Assembly: GCA_963828255.1 (NCBI GenBank)
Contig: CAWHDZ010000026.1
Span: 1-64,000 of the forward strand
Source of the DNA: an uncultured delta proteobacterium
Lineage (GTDB): Bacteria > Myxococcota > Myxococcia > Myxococcales > Anaeromyxobacteraceae
DNA: 64,000 bases
Direction of reading: 5' to 3'
This document shows, piece by piece, positions 1-9,557 of this stretch (position 1 is its first letter; the number at the start of each line of letters is the position of its first letter). A program made the position numbers and the translations under genes. A model generated the notes under the pieces. That model was not told the DNA's origin, did no database searches, and saw only the letters and a program-made list of their open reading frames with translations.

Positions 1-1
1 G

Positions 2-547
2 GGTGACCTGGGTCGGGGCCGGCTGGGTCACCCCAAGGAGGGGTTCAACTGGCTGAACCACGACAGGAATGTCGCTGGGCGCCGCCACCGTTGTCGCAGG
101 AGGCGGCAACACAGTCGGCGACGCAGCAACCTTCGTCACGACGTCCCTCGAGGGCGGCCGCTCCATCGGCCGGATCGCGGCCGCCAGCTCGGCGGCCTCG
201 CGCCGGGAAAGGTGGAAGAATCGAGGCAGCACCTCGGCTGAGTTCTCGGTCGTGAGCACCTTCGCGACCTCCCCGACGCTGGTGACGCAAAGACGCCCGT
301 CCCGCAGCGGCGCCACCACCTCCGGGTGCTTCTGGATCAGTTCCGCAGCCACCTTCCGGTAGTGGGCCGATCCCTTCGCGAGATGGAGCTCGCGGTGCAG
401 GAACCAGAAGAGGCCCGAATACCCGAGCTCCGCCCATGCCCGCTGCCGGTCGAAGTCGGCGAGGGCCACGAGGAACTCGGCCATGGAATCGTGCTCCCGC
501 GAGAGGAGCTCGGCCAGGCGGCCGGCGAGATCACGTGCATTGCTCAT
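2..547 (-). CDS. N-terminal part of a putative HNH-endonuclease-family protein (runs off the window edge; absent from ORF track)
   Basis: Hand-translated from ATG at 547: MSNARDLAGRLAELLSREHDSMAEFLVALADFDRQRAWAELGYSGLFWFLHRELHLAKGSAHYRKVAAELIQKHPEVVAPLRDGRLC..., open to position 2. From memory it resembles the N-terminus of multicopy myxobacterial HNH proteins; the HNH domain is not in the window. Confidence 0.65.
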   Translation of the reverse strand, partial: MSNARDLAGRLAELLSREHDSMAEFLVALADFDRQRAWAELGYSGLFWFLHRELHLAKGSAHYRKVAAELIQKHPEVVAPLRDGRLCVTSVGEVAKVLTTENSAEVLPRFFHLSRREAAELAAAIRPMERPPSRDVVTKVAASPTVLPPPATTVAAPSDIPVVVQPVEPLLGVTQPAPTQVT

Positions 548-678
548 GCGTTCAGTGTCGCATCGATCTCTGACATCGCGCGAGACGGCGAACCGGTTGA
601 TTCACCATGCGTGGATTGGCCGCACGTGACTCCGGCTCCACCACCCTGCTAGCCTCCTTCCTTCCCCGGAGGAACCCC

Positions 679-3606
679 TTGCCCGGGAGCGAAGACAAGC
701 GCGACGGCGCAAAGGCACCGAGCGCCGGTGAACCCGGCCCGCTCTCCCGCCTCATCCGGGAGCTGGCCGACGCCCCCGGGGAGGAGGTCCTGGAGGCCTG
801 GAAGAGCGAGCTCCAGCCCGGCGATCGGGTGGGCCGCTTCGAGATCCGGCGCGAGGTGGGGCGGGGCGGCTTCGGGGCGGTCCACGAGGCCTTCGACACC
901 GAGCTGAACCGGGTCGTCGCGGTGAAGGCGCTCCGCCTGTCCCGCTCCCGGAAGGAGCTCTCCTCCGACTGGATGAAGAGGGAGGCCGAGGCCGTGGCGC
1001 GCCTCGACCACCCCTGTATCGTCACCCTGTTCGACGTCGGCACCTGCCCCTCCGGGCCCTACCTCGTGATGGAGCTCCTTCGCGGGAAGACCCTGGCGCA
1101 ACGCCTGGACGACGGGCCCATCCCCACCGGAGAAGCGCTGCGCATCTCCGAGGAGATGGCCCGCGGGCTTGCGCACGCCCACGAGCGGGGGGTGCTGCAC
1201 CGGGACCTCAAGCCGGCCAACGTCTTCCTCTGCGACGACGGCCGGGTGAAGCTGCTCGACTTCGGTCTCGCCCACCTGCTCGGCAAGCCGGGCGAGGCGA
1301 GCGGCGGGACGCCCGCGTACATGGCGCCGGAGCAGGCGCGGGGCGGAGAGATCGATGCGCGGGCCGACGTCTTCGCGGCGGCGGTGACGCTGCGGGAGAT
1401 GGTGACCGGGAGGCGCGAGCCGGGGGTCGGCGCGTCCATTCCACGGGCGCTCGCCCGGGTGCTCGATTGCGGTGCCTCCCCGAACCGGGAGGACCGGCCA
1501 CGGGACGGGACCGCCTGGCGGGACGAGATCCGGGAGTTCCAGCGATCCCGCGCGCGACCGCGAACGGTCCGGCGGGTCGCCGGGCTCGTGCTGGCCGGGC
1601 TGCTGCTCGGAGCCGCCGTGGCGGGCATGGTCCTGGAGCGCAGGTCGGCCGGCCGGATCCTCGGTCTCGCGTCGGCCCCCGGAGAGCGCATCCCCATCGC
1701 AGTCGCCGACGTGGTGAACGAGACCGGCGAGAAGGAGCTCGACGTCCTCTCCGGCCTCCTCGTCACCTCCCTCGAGCAGTCGCGCCGGCTCACGGTGATG
1801 ACGCAGGCCCGGGTGCTCGACCTCGCGAGCCGGGCCGGCCGCCGGGACGCGGTCCGGGTCGACGAGACCATCGGGCGAGAGGTCGGAAAGGCCCACGGCA
1901 TCCGGGCGCTGCTCCTCCCCGCCATCCGGCGGCTGGGGACGACCTACTCGCTGGAGATGCGGGTCATCGACCCCGAGCGGGACGAGCACCTCTTCACGCT
2001 GAGCGACCGGGCCACTTCAAAGGAGGCGCTCCTCGACCTCCTCGACCGGCTCTCGGAGCGGACCCGGGCGGGACTGGGGGAGGGAATGGACGAGGTGAGC
2101 CGGGCGAGCGTGCAACTCGGCGAGTCGGTCACCCGCAGCGTCGAGGCCTACCAGCACTACCTCGCCGGACTGGAGGGCTGGCACCGGGACGGAATGAGGG
2201 CGATCGGCCTGCGTGAGTTCCAGGAGGCGCTTCGACTCGATCCGGGCTTCGCGGCAGCACACGGCGAGCTCGCCGAGCTCTTGCAGCATGGCTACCGGCA
2301 GCCCGATCGGGCCGCTTCCCATTGGCGCGCCGCCAACGACCTCCTCCAGCGGATGCCGGAGAAGGAACGGCTCCTCCTCCGCCTCAAGCGGGCGCACCGC
2401 TCGCCAACGCTCGAACACTTCAGTCGCGAGGAGGCCCTCCGCTTGGGAGATGAGATCCTCGCTCGATTCCCTGACGACAAGTTCGCCGTCACCTCGGCGG
2501 CCGAGGCATTCGAGTCCTTCGAGTTGCAGGCGCGGTCGGAGAAGGCGCTCCGTCGGGCCCTGGAACTCGACCCCGGATACTTCTGGGCGGCCGACTCACT
2601 CGCCGACCAGCTGGCTGCCCTGCCGTCAGATGCCCTGAGTGTCGCCCGGACTGCCGTCGCCGTCCGGCGGAACCCTGCGAACCTCAGCATCCTTGCCGGC
2701 GCGCAATGGGCCGCGGGAGACGATGCGGGGGCCGCGTCCACGGCGCGGGAAATCCTGCGCTCCGAGGGTGGAAGGAATTCGCTGATCGCTGCTCGGGCCT
2801 GCAACACACTGTACGAGATGGGCGCGGGAGACGAGTGCATCCCGCTGTGGACGCACATGATCGAAGATGGCGAGAACGACATGGAGCGCAGTTACGCCTC
2901 GTTCGAGCTCATGAAGTCGCTTGCCCACCAGGGCCGGATCCGGGACGCGCTCCGGATCGCAACCACCGCCCCGGACCTGGCCGGCCCGGCTCCGCCCGAG
3001 TTGCTCGCAAACATTCATCAAGTCGGACGCTCCCGGCTGGAGTCTCCCCAGGCCATCGCGCCGGCACGGCGCATCTCCAATCCCCAGCTCCGACGGAACT
3101 TCCTATCCTGGCTGGGTGCGGGGGACGAGGCCGAGCAGATCACGACGTCCCTGGGGGGCAAGGGCTTCGAGGTGGTCGAGAAGGTGAACAGCGCCATCGA
3201 TCTGGTGCGCCGGGGCCAGCCGGCCGCGGCTGAGCCGATCGTTCGAGCGGTCAGGACGGAGATCAGTCGACGGTGGTACTCGAGCAGCCTGTTCGGCATC
3301 GCGGCGTTCCATGCAGAGATTCTGCTCGCGGTCGGTCGCGACGCCGACGCCGCAGGGATCTGGCCCTCGCCGCTTCCCTGCCGTTGCACGGACCAGATGG
3401 ACCACGCGGTGCAGTATCCACGTTTGGCGATCCACCGCGCCCATGCCATGGAGCGGCTCGGCCGTCGCGCCGACGCCCTGCGGGAGCTGGACGGTGTGAT
3501 CGCCTTCTGGAAGGAGGCCGACTCCGACCTCCCACTCCTCGTCGAGGCGAAGTCCATGCGCGCGCGGCTGGCGAGGAGCGCCGTCGTCGATGGAGTGAGG
3601 CCGTGA
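679..3606 (+). CDS. Ser/Thr protein kinase with TM helix and TolB-N-like/TPR C-terminal region
   Basis: GRGGFG, VAVK, HRDLKPAN, DFG, GTPAYMAPE; hydrophobic VAGLVLAGLLLGAAVAGMVL; TPR-like helices. TTG start at 679 follows GGAGG (668-672). Confidence 0.9.
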   Translation: MPGSEDKRDGAKAPSAGEPGPLSRLIRELADAPGEEVLEAWKSELQPGDRVGRFEIRREVGRGGFGAVHEAFDTELNRVVAVKALRLSRSRKELSSDWMKREAEAVARLDHPCIVTLFDVGTCPSGPYLVMELLRGKTLAQRLDDGPIPTGEALRISEEMARGLAHAHERGVLHRDLKPANVFLCDDGRVKLLDFGLAHLLGKPGEASGGTPAYMAPEQARGGEIDARADVFAAAVTLREMVTGRREPGVGASIPRALARVLDCGASPNREDRPRDGTAWRDEIREFQRSRARPRTVRRVAGLVLAGLLLGAAVAGMVLERRSAGRILGLASAPGERIPIAVADVVNETGEKELDVLSGLLVTSLEQSRRLTVMTQARVLDLASRAGRRDAVRVDETIGREVGKAHGIRALLLPAIRRLGTTYSLEMRVIDPERDEHLFTLSDRATSKEALLDLLDRLSERTRAGLGEGMDEVSRASVQLGESVTRSVEAYQHYLAGLEGWHRDGMRAIGLREFQEALRLDPGFAAAHGELAELLQHGYRQPDRAASHWRAANDLLQRMPEKERLLLRLKRAHRSPTLEHFSREEALRLGDEILARFPDDKFAVTSAAEAFESFELQARSEKALRRALELDPGYFWAADSLADQLAALPSDALSVARTAVAVRRNPANLSILAGAQWAAGDDAGAASTAREILRSEGGRNSLIAARACNTLYEMGAGDECIPLWTHMIEDGENDMERSYASFELMKSLAHQGRIRDALRIATTAPDLAGPAPPELLANIHQVGRSRLESPQAIAPARRISNPQLRRNFLSWLGAGDEAEQITTSLGGKGFEVVEKVNSAIDLVRRGQPAAAEPIVRAVRTEISRRWYSSSLFGIAAFHAEILLAVGRDADAAGIWPSPLPCRCTDQMDHAVQYPRLAIHRAHAMERLGRRADALRELDGVIAFWKEADSDLPLLVEAKSMRARLARSAVVDGVRP

Positions 3607-6368
3607 AGGAGCCCGCCGCCGGTAGCCCCGGCCCGCTCTCCCGGATCCTCGGGGAACTCGCGGCCGCTCCCGGAGACGGGCTTCTCGAGGCCTGGCAGGA
3701 GGAGCTGCGTCCGGGCGACCGTCTCGACCGCTTCGAGATCCGGCGCGAGGTGGGGCGGGGCGGCTTCGGCGCAGTCTTCGAGGCCTGGGACGGCGAGCTG
3801 GGGCGGGCGGTGGCCATCAAGACCTTGCGCCCTGGCCGGACGCGGAAGGAGCTCTCGGCGGGATGGATCCGCAGGGAGGCCGAGGCGGTGGCGCGGCTCG
3901 GCCACCCCGGGATCGTCACCATCCACGACGTCTGCAACTGCTCGGCCGGGCCGTATCTCGTGATGGAACTGCTCCGGGGGCGCACGCTGGCCCAGCGGCT
4001 CGAGGAGGGCACGCTCCCGGCGCTGGAGGCGGAGCGGATCGCCGCGGAGATGGGGATGGCGCTCGCCCACGCGCACGGACGCGGCGTGCTGCACCGCGAT
4101 CTCAAGCCGGCCAACGTCTTCCTCTGCGACGACGGCGGGGTGAAGCTCCTCGATTTCGGGCTCGCCCACCTCCTCGGGACGCCTCAGGACGGCGGAGGGG
4201 GAACCCCAGCATACATGGCGCCGGAACAGGCCCGGGGCGATGCGATCGACGAGCGGGCCGACGTCTTCGCGGCCGGAAGGGTGCTGGAAGAGATGCTCGG
4301 GGAGCACCCATCACGGCGGCTTTCGGAGGCGGTCGCGGCCGCCACCGCGCCGGATCGCGAGGCGCGCCCGAGGGACGGCAAGGCCTGGCTGGACCTGCTC
4401 CAGCACAACCGACGCGCCGCCGAACGTGGCGCCCGCACCCGGAAGCTCGCGTGGATGGCGGCCGGGCTCCTGGCCCTCGCTGCGGGGATCGCCGGTGTGG
4501 CGACCTGGCAGGAGCGCAGGGCCCACGACCTCGTCGATGCGGCAGGGCGGATCACCGTGGCGGTGGCCGACTTCCAGAACGCGACCCGCGACCCGGACCT
4601 GGACGGGCTCTCGGGCCTCCTCGTCACGTCCCTCGAGCAGTCCCGGAAGCTCCGGGTGCTCACGCGCGGGCGGCTCATCGAGCTCATCCGGCAGATGGGG
4701 CTCGATCGCGGCCAGCGGATCGACGAGGCGCTGGCCCGGGAGGTGGGAAAGAAGGCGGGCGTGCGCGTGCTCCTGCTCGCATCCGTGCAGAAGCTCGGGG
4801 AGACGTACGTGGCGGAATTGCGAGCCATCGACCCGGAGCGTGATGCCTACCTCTTCACCCTCCAGGAGAAGGCTATCGGGAAGGAGGGGCTGCTCCCCCT
4901 CATCGACCGGCTCTCCGACCGGGCCCGCGTGGAACTCCGGGAGGGGCAGGCCGACGTGAAGGCGAGCGAGGTGAACGTCGCCGAGGCGGTGACGCCCAGC
5001 CTGGAGGCCTACCGGCACTACTTCCGGGGGCTGGAGCGGAGCGCCCGCCTCGACGACGACGGCGCGCTGGCCGAGTTCAAGGCAGCGCTCGCCATGGAGC
5101 CCCGCTTCGCGCTCGCGGAGCTGGAGATCGCCCAGCTCGACACTCTTTACGGCAGGGACGGCGACCCGGCCTTCCAGCGGGCGTCCGCACACGCGGAGAC
5201 ACTGCCGGTGAAGGAGCGCGAGCTCGTCCGTGCGGAGATCGCTCTCCACGCGGGCAGGAGGGCCGACGCGGTCGCCATCCTCGAGCCCCTGGCCCTGCGC
5301 TTCCCCGACGATCGATTCGTCGCCCGTGCCGCCGGAGGCGCGGCGGGGTGCCCCGAGGGCATGGCCCACCGGCGGAGGGCGCTCGCGCTCGCGCCCGACT
5401 GGGACCGGGCCCGGCTCGACCTCCTGAACTGCCTCCTGTGGCAGGGGAAGTCGGAGGAGGCGATCGCCGAGGCAGAGGGCGCGGAGCAGGCCCGCCCGAC
5501 CAGCTCGAGCGCGACGGCCGTCGCCCTGGCGCGCTACGAGTCGGGCGACGTCGACGGGGCCATCGCCGCGGCCCGGCGCGCCGGCGAGCGCGGGCATACC
5601 AACTGGAGCCGGGGCATCCTGATCTCGGCGCTGGCCACGCGCGGCGCCTTCGACGAGGCGGCGACGGAAGCGAGAGGCCTCTCCGGGGAGATGAAGAACA
5701 TGCAGTGTGTCGTGCACGCCGAGATGGGGCAGCTCGGAGCCTGCCTGACCATCGGAGACGACATCGTCCGTGCGAACGGAACCTGGCCCGGAGGCCTCCG
5801 CAACCGTCGCGCTGCAATCGCCGTGGCCCGGGGCCGGGCACCCCCCGGGGACTCGCCGTCCGCAATCGCCCTGGACGGGTGGTGGGGCCCCTTCACGGTC
5901 ATGCTCATTCGGGACCCGGACGAACTCGCGGCCGCCGCCCAGGCCACCGGGAACGAGACGGCGATCGGCCAGATGTACAGGGCCCTGCTGGCCGGGGAGC
6001 GTGGGGACGTCGCGGGGGCCCTCGCGCAGCTTCCCGTCGAGGGAAGGGTCCTCGGGGACCTCCAGCTCTACTACCGGGGAATCTACGCCTCGGAACTCGG
6101 CCGCGACGCCGAAGCGATCGCCGCGTTCGCCCAGCTGGAGAAGAGGAACATCTCCTACTTCGCCAACGTCTACCGGGCCTTCCTCCTGGCCCGCGGCCGC
6201 TACCTCACCGCCCTTTCCCTCGAACGCATGGGCCGCCGCGACGAGGCCCGCGCGGTGCTCGCGAAGCAGCTCGACCGCTGGAAGGACGCGGACCCCGACC
6301 TCCCGCTCCTCGCCGAGATGAAAACCCTTTGCCGGAAAGTCGCCTGCCAGCCAGGAGCCTCCCCGTGA
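3603..6368 (+). CDS. Ser/Thr protein kinase with TM helix and TPR region (tandem paralog)
   Basis: Same kinase motifs; GTG start overlaps the previous TGA (GTGA); TM LAWMAAGLLALAAGIAGVATW. Confidence 0.9.
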   Translation: MKEPAAGSPGPLSRILGELAAAPGDGLLEAWQEELRPGDRLDRFEIRREVGRGGFGAVFEAWDGELGRAVAIKTLRPGRTRKELSAGWIRREAEAVARLGHPGIVTIHDVCNCSAGPYLVMELLRGRTLAQRLEEGTLPALEAERIAAEMGMALAHAHGRGVLHRDLKPANVFLCDDGGVKLLDFGLAHLLGTPQDGGGGTPAYMAPEQARGDAIDERADVFAAGRVLEEMLGEHPSRRLSEAVAAATAPDREARPRDGKAWLDLLQHNRRAAERGARTRKLAWMAAGLLALAAGIAGVATWQERRAHDLVDAAGRITVAVADFQNATRDPDLDGLSGLLVTSLEQSRKLRVLTRGRLIELIRQMGLDRGQRIDEALAREVGKKAGVRVLLLASVQKLGETYVAELRAIDPERDAYLFTLQEKAIGKEGLLPLIDRLSDRARVELREGQADVKASEVNVAEAVTPSLEAYRHYFRGLERSARLDDDGALAEFKAALAMEPRFALAELEIAQLDTLYGRDGDPAFQRASAHAETLPVKERELVRAEIALHAGRRADAVAILEPLALRFPDDRFVARAAGGAAGCPEGMAHRRRALALAPDWDRARLDLLNCLLWQGKSEEAIAEAEGAEQARPTSSSATAVALARYESGDVDGAIAAARRAGERGHTNWSRGILISALATRGAFDEAATEARGLSGEMKNMQCVVHAEMGQLGACLTIGDDIVRANGTWPGGLRNRRAAIAVARGRAPPGDSPSAIALDGWWGPFTVMLIRDPDELAAAAQATGNETAIGQMYRALLAGERGDVAGALAQLPVEGRVLGDLQLYYRGIYASELGRDAEAIAAFAQLEKRNISYFANVYRAFLLARGRYLTALSLERMGRRDEARAVLAKQLDRWKDADPDLPLLAEMKTLCRKVACQPGASP

Positions 6369-7186
6369 TCCCCCTCCTCCGCATCGCCGGCCTCGTCGCC
6401 CTCCTCCTCCTGGCCCTCCTCGCGGTCGCCTTCCTGGCCCAGCGCCATCTCCTCTATTTCCCGACCCGGTACGACCTGGCCGCCGCCACTGGTTCTGCCA
6501 GCCAGGCAGGGCTGGACGCCTGGAAGGACCACTCCGGCGCATTCGTCGGCTGGCGAGCGCCCCATCCCGGCGGCGCCCCCGTGGCCCGCGCCATCGTCCT
6601 CCACGGCAACGCCGGCACGGCCCTCGACCGCACCTACCTGCGCGACGTCCTGCAGGCGCCCGGCCTGCCGCCCCTCGACGTCCACTTCATGGAGTACCCG
6701 GGCTACGGCCCCCGGGAGGGCTCACCTTCCGAGGAGACCATCCTGGCCGCGACCGTCGACGCCATCGACCTCCTCGGCACCGACCTCCCTCTGCTCCTCG
6801 TCGGCGAATCCCTGGGCAGCGCCGCCGCAGCGCTCGCCGCGGCGGAACGACCGGAGGTGGCAGGACTCCTGCTCATCACCCCGGTCTCGAGCGTCACCGC
6901 GCTCGCCCGCCGCCACTACCCGTTCGTCCCCTCCGGCCTGGTCCGCGACACCTTCCGCGCCGATCACGCGCTCCCCCGCTACGGCGGCAAGGTCGCCTTC
7001 CTCCTCGCGGGCCGCGACGAGGTGGCCCCGCCGGACCTGGCCCGTTCCCTCTTCGACGCCTACCCGGGCCCGAAGCGGCTCTGGGAGCAACCGGGAGCGA
7101 CCCACAACACCCTTCCGTACCGCCCCCGCGATTTCCTCTGGAGCGAGATCACCGGCTTCCTGCTGGGCTACACTCCGCCCCGATGA
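6365..7186 (+). CDS. Alpha/beta hydrolase (ABHD13/BEM46-like) with N-terminal anchor
   Basis: QRHLLYFP, HGNAG, EYPGYG, nucleophile elbow GESLG, catalytic D (GRDEV) and H (GATHN); GTGA overlap. Confidence 0.88.
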   Translation: MIPLLRIAGLVALLLLALLAVAFLAQRHLLYFPTRYDLAAATGSASQAGLDAWKDHSGAFVGWRAPHPGGAPVARAIVLHGNAGTALDRTYLRDVLQAPGLPPLDVHFMEYPGYGPREGSPSEETILAATVDAIDLLGTDLPLLLVGESLGSAAAALAAAERPEVAGLLLITPVSSVTALARRHYPFVPSGLVRDTFRADHALPRYGGKVAFLLAGRDEVAPPDLARSLFDAYPGPKRLWEQPGATHNTLPYRPRDFLWSEITGFLLGYTPPR

Positions 7187-7674
7187 CCGCCCTCGCCCGC
7201 TTCAAGTCCCCGGTCGGGACCCTCTCGGTGGAGGCCACCGACGACGGGGTCTGCAGCGTCCGCTTCGGCGGCCGCGACGGGGTGCGCCCGCCCATCAGCA
7301 AGAAGACCCGCCACAACCTGGAGGCCGGGCTCCAGGCCCTGGCCGACTACTTCTCCGGCCAGCCACCGCTCATGCCGCCCCTCGACCTTCACGGCACCGA
7401 GCACCAGCGAATCGTCTGGGAGGCGCTCCAGGGCGTCCCCTGGGGCGAGACCATCACCTACGGTGAACTGGCCGAGCGCCTCGGCGGTCGCGGGGCCCGG
7501 GCCGTGGGCCACGCCAACGCCCGCAATCCCGTGGCCATCCTGGTCCCCTGCCACCGGGTGGTGGCCGCCGGCGGAGGCCTGGGCGGTTACGCAGGCGGCA
7601 CGGACAAGAAGGCCTGGCTCCTCGCACACGAGGCCGCCCACGGGCCCGTGCTGCGGTCGCCGCGCAAGGCCTGA
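7183..7674 (+). CDS. ogt: Methylated-DNA-protein-cysteine methyltransferase
   Basis: PCHRV active site, TYGELA, RAVG, GGYAGG. Confidence 0.93.
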   Translation: MTALARFKSPVGTLSVEATDDGVCSVRFGGRDGVRPPISKKTRHNLEAGLQALADYFSGQPPLMPPLDLHGTEHQRIVWEALQGVPWGETITYGELAERLGGRGARAVGHANARNPVAILVPCHRVVAAGGGLGGYAGGTDKKAWLLAHEAAHGPVLRSPRKA

Positions 7675-7684
7675 GGAGGTTTCG

Positions 7685-8128
7685 ATGCGCGCCGTCGTCG
7701 CGATCCTGGGGATGCTTCTGGTCGCCGCGGATCCGCCGCCGGGCGCTCCGCCGCCTGGCGGGGCCACGCTGGTCGTCGAGGTCGAGGGGCTGAAGGACGA
7801 CCGCGGCAAGGTCCACGCGTCGCTCCACGCCTCGGAGGACGGATTTCCCACGAAGCCCGAGAAGGCGCTCCGGCAGGTGGACGTCAAGATCGAGGGCGGC
7901 CGCGCCCGCGTGGTCTTCGAGGGGATCCCGCCGGGCGGATACGCCGTCGCCGCCTACCACGACGAGAACGGCGACGGGAAGCTCGACACCGGGTTCCTGG
8001 GAATTCCCAGCGAGGGGCTGGCCTCCTCCAACGACGCCAAGGGATTCATGGGTCCGCCCAGCTTCGAGAAGGCCCGCGTCGAGGTCGGGCCGGGCGAGAA
8101 CCGCATCACGGTCCGCGTCAGCTACTAA
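7685..8128 (+). CDS. DUF2141-family secreted protein
   Basis: Signal peptide; YAVAAYHDENGDGKLDTGFLGIPSEG..SN...GPPSF motif; GGAGG upstream. Confidence 0.85.
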   Translation: MRAVVAILGMLLVAADPPPGAPPPGGATLVVEVEGLKDDRGKVHASLHASEDGFPTKPEKALRQVDVKIEGGRARVVFEGIPPGGYAVAAYHDENGDGKLDTGFLGIPSEGLASSNDAKGFMGPPSFEKARVEVGPGENRITVRVSY

Positions 8129-8226
8129 ACGTTCACTTTCCGTTGCGGAAGAGTTCACGCCGAATCCGTTGCGCGGCGACGCCGCGCGTCACATCCAAGC
8201 GTCCTCACCCGCACCAGGAGGTCCCG

Positions 8227-8412
8227 ATGAAGACCGCACTCCGCATCGCCGCCGCCCTCGCCGTCGTCGCCTTCGCGACCCCGGCCCTCGCCTGCTCCGA
8301 GCAGAAGAGCACCACCGCCTCGAGCGAGAAGAGCGAAGCCTCGAAGAAGCAGGCCAGCGTCGCCAAGGCCGAGAAGCAGGCCGCCGTGAAGACCTCGCCC
8401 GCGACCCGGTAG
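8227..8412 (+). CDS. Small secreted hypothetical protein (61 aa)
   Basis: AGGAGG SD; signal peptide MKTALRIAAALAVVAFATPALA, then Cys and a K/S/A-rich tail. Confidence 0.7.
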   Translation: MKTALRIAAALAVVAFATPALACSEQKSTTASSEKSEASKKQASVAKAEKQAAVKTSPATR

Positions 8413-8453
8413 CGCCCGCCCGGCCTGGCCGGCCCGGTCCGTCGGCAGGACCG

Positions 8454-9554
8454 CTACTGCCTCGTCCGGTAGTGCTTCGCGAAGTCCAGGAAGAGGTCGC
8501 TGGGGGTCTGGTCGAACCCGAGAGGCTGCATGAGCAGCAGCCATCCGACCAGCAGGGCCCGGGCCGTCGAGGCGGCCCGGGCTCCCAGCACCCCCACCGA
8601 GAGCGGCGCGAAGAGGAGCACCGCACCGTGCCACCAGTCGTAGATGTCGGTGAGCGCGAGCCCCAGCGCCGAGAGCACCAGGCCCGCCGCCAGCGGCCCC
8701 CCGTACCACCAGGAGGCGGCGGCGGCCGCGCCGCTCGCCGCCACCACCGCCCAGAACCTGGCCCCATGTCCAATGACTCCCAGTGAAGGGTGGAGCGTGT
8801 CGAGGTAGAGCTTGGTCACCGGCCACTGGAGCAGGAAGGTCCCCACCACCACCAGGCCGGCCGCGGCGACCACCGCGATGGCGGTCCAGGGGCGCCGCCC
8901 GCGCGGCTCCCGGAGCCCCTGCCAGAGCGCCACCGCCCCCAGCGGCACGAGCGCGACGGCGCGGAAGTGGAGCATCCCGGCGCAGGCGAGCCAGAGCAGC
9001 GCCGCCCCGGGGCGCCGGCGGTGCACCTCCCGCATGGCCATGGCCCCCGCGCCCAGGAAGGCCGGGTCGTAGAAGCCCTGCAGCGCGAGGCGGATCAGGT
9101 AGACCCATGCGATCATCCCGACCACCGCGCGCGCCCCTGGCGCCAGGTCGGCGAGCAGCAGGAACATGGCGAGCATGGCCAGGTGGGCGACGACGAGCAT
9201 CCACAGGACCCCCACGCGGCCGAACGTCTCCTGCGTCATGGGCACGAACCGGCCGACGAGCGCAGTCGGCAGGAAGACCGCGAACATCCCCGGCGGGTAG
9301 TTCACCGGCATCCGGGGCCAGGCCCCGGACTGCTGGGGATACTGGACTCCCCGCGACGACTCGGCGAGCGGCAGGCGGTAGGCGTCGATCCCGCGGTGGA
9401 GGAAGACCCAGGTGGCGTGGGCGTGGTGCAGGTGGTCGGTGTAGCCCGCCGACAGGTCGCCGTAGGGGCTCTGGTTGGTGAGGGGGACGAGCGCGGTGAG
9501 CCCCAGGGAGACTGCGACCAGCGCGAAGAGCGCGCGGCGCGGCGGCTTCTCCAT
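8454..9554 (-). CDS. Polytopic membrane protein, GT-C (GT87/DUF2029-like) glycosyltransferase candidate
   Basis: Many TM segments; first-loop Asp (YTDH) and NYPPG motif. Confidence 0.55.
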   Translation of the reverse strand: MEKPPRRALFALVAVSLGLTALVPLTNQSPYGDLSAGYTDHLHHAHATWVFLHRGIDAYRLPLAESSRGVQYPQQSGAWPRMPVNYPPGMFAVFLPTALVGRFVPMTQETFGRVGVLWMLVVAHLAMLAMFLLLADLAPGARAVVGMIAWVYLIRLALQGFYDPAFLGAGAMAMREVHRRRPGAALLWLACAGMLHFRAVALVPLGAVALWQGLREPRGRRPWTAIAVVAAAGLVVVGTFLLQWPVTKLYLDTLHPSLGVIGHGARFWAVVAASGAAAAASWWYGGPLAAGLVLSALGLALTDIYDWWHGAVLLFAPLSVGVLGARAASTARALLVGWLLLMQPLGFDQTPSDLFLDFAKHYRTRQ

Positions 9555-9557
9555 GGC

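Noticed and set aside
4311..6542. Long antisense and alternate-frame ORFs (this and many others in the track)
   Set aside because: Shadow ORFs expected at very high GC; Arg/Pro/Gly-rich with no motifs, overlapping well-supported genes.
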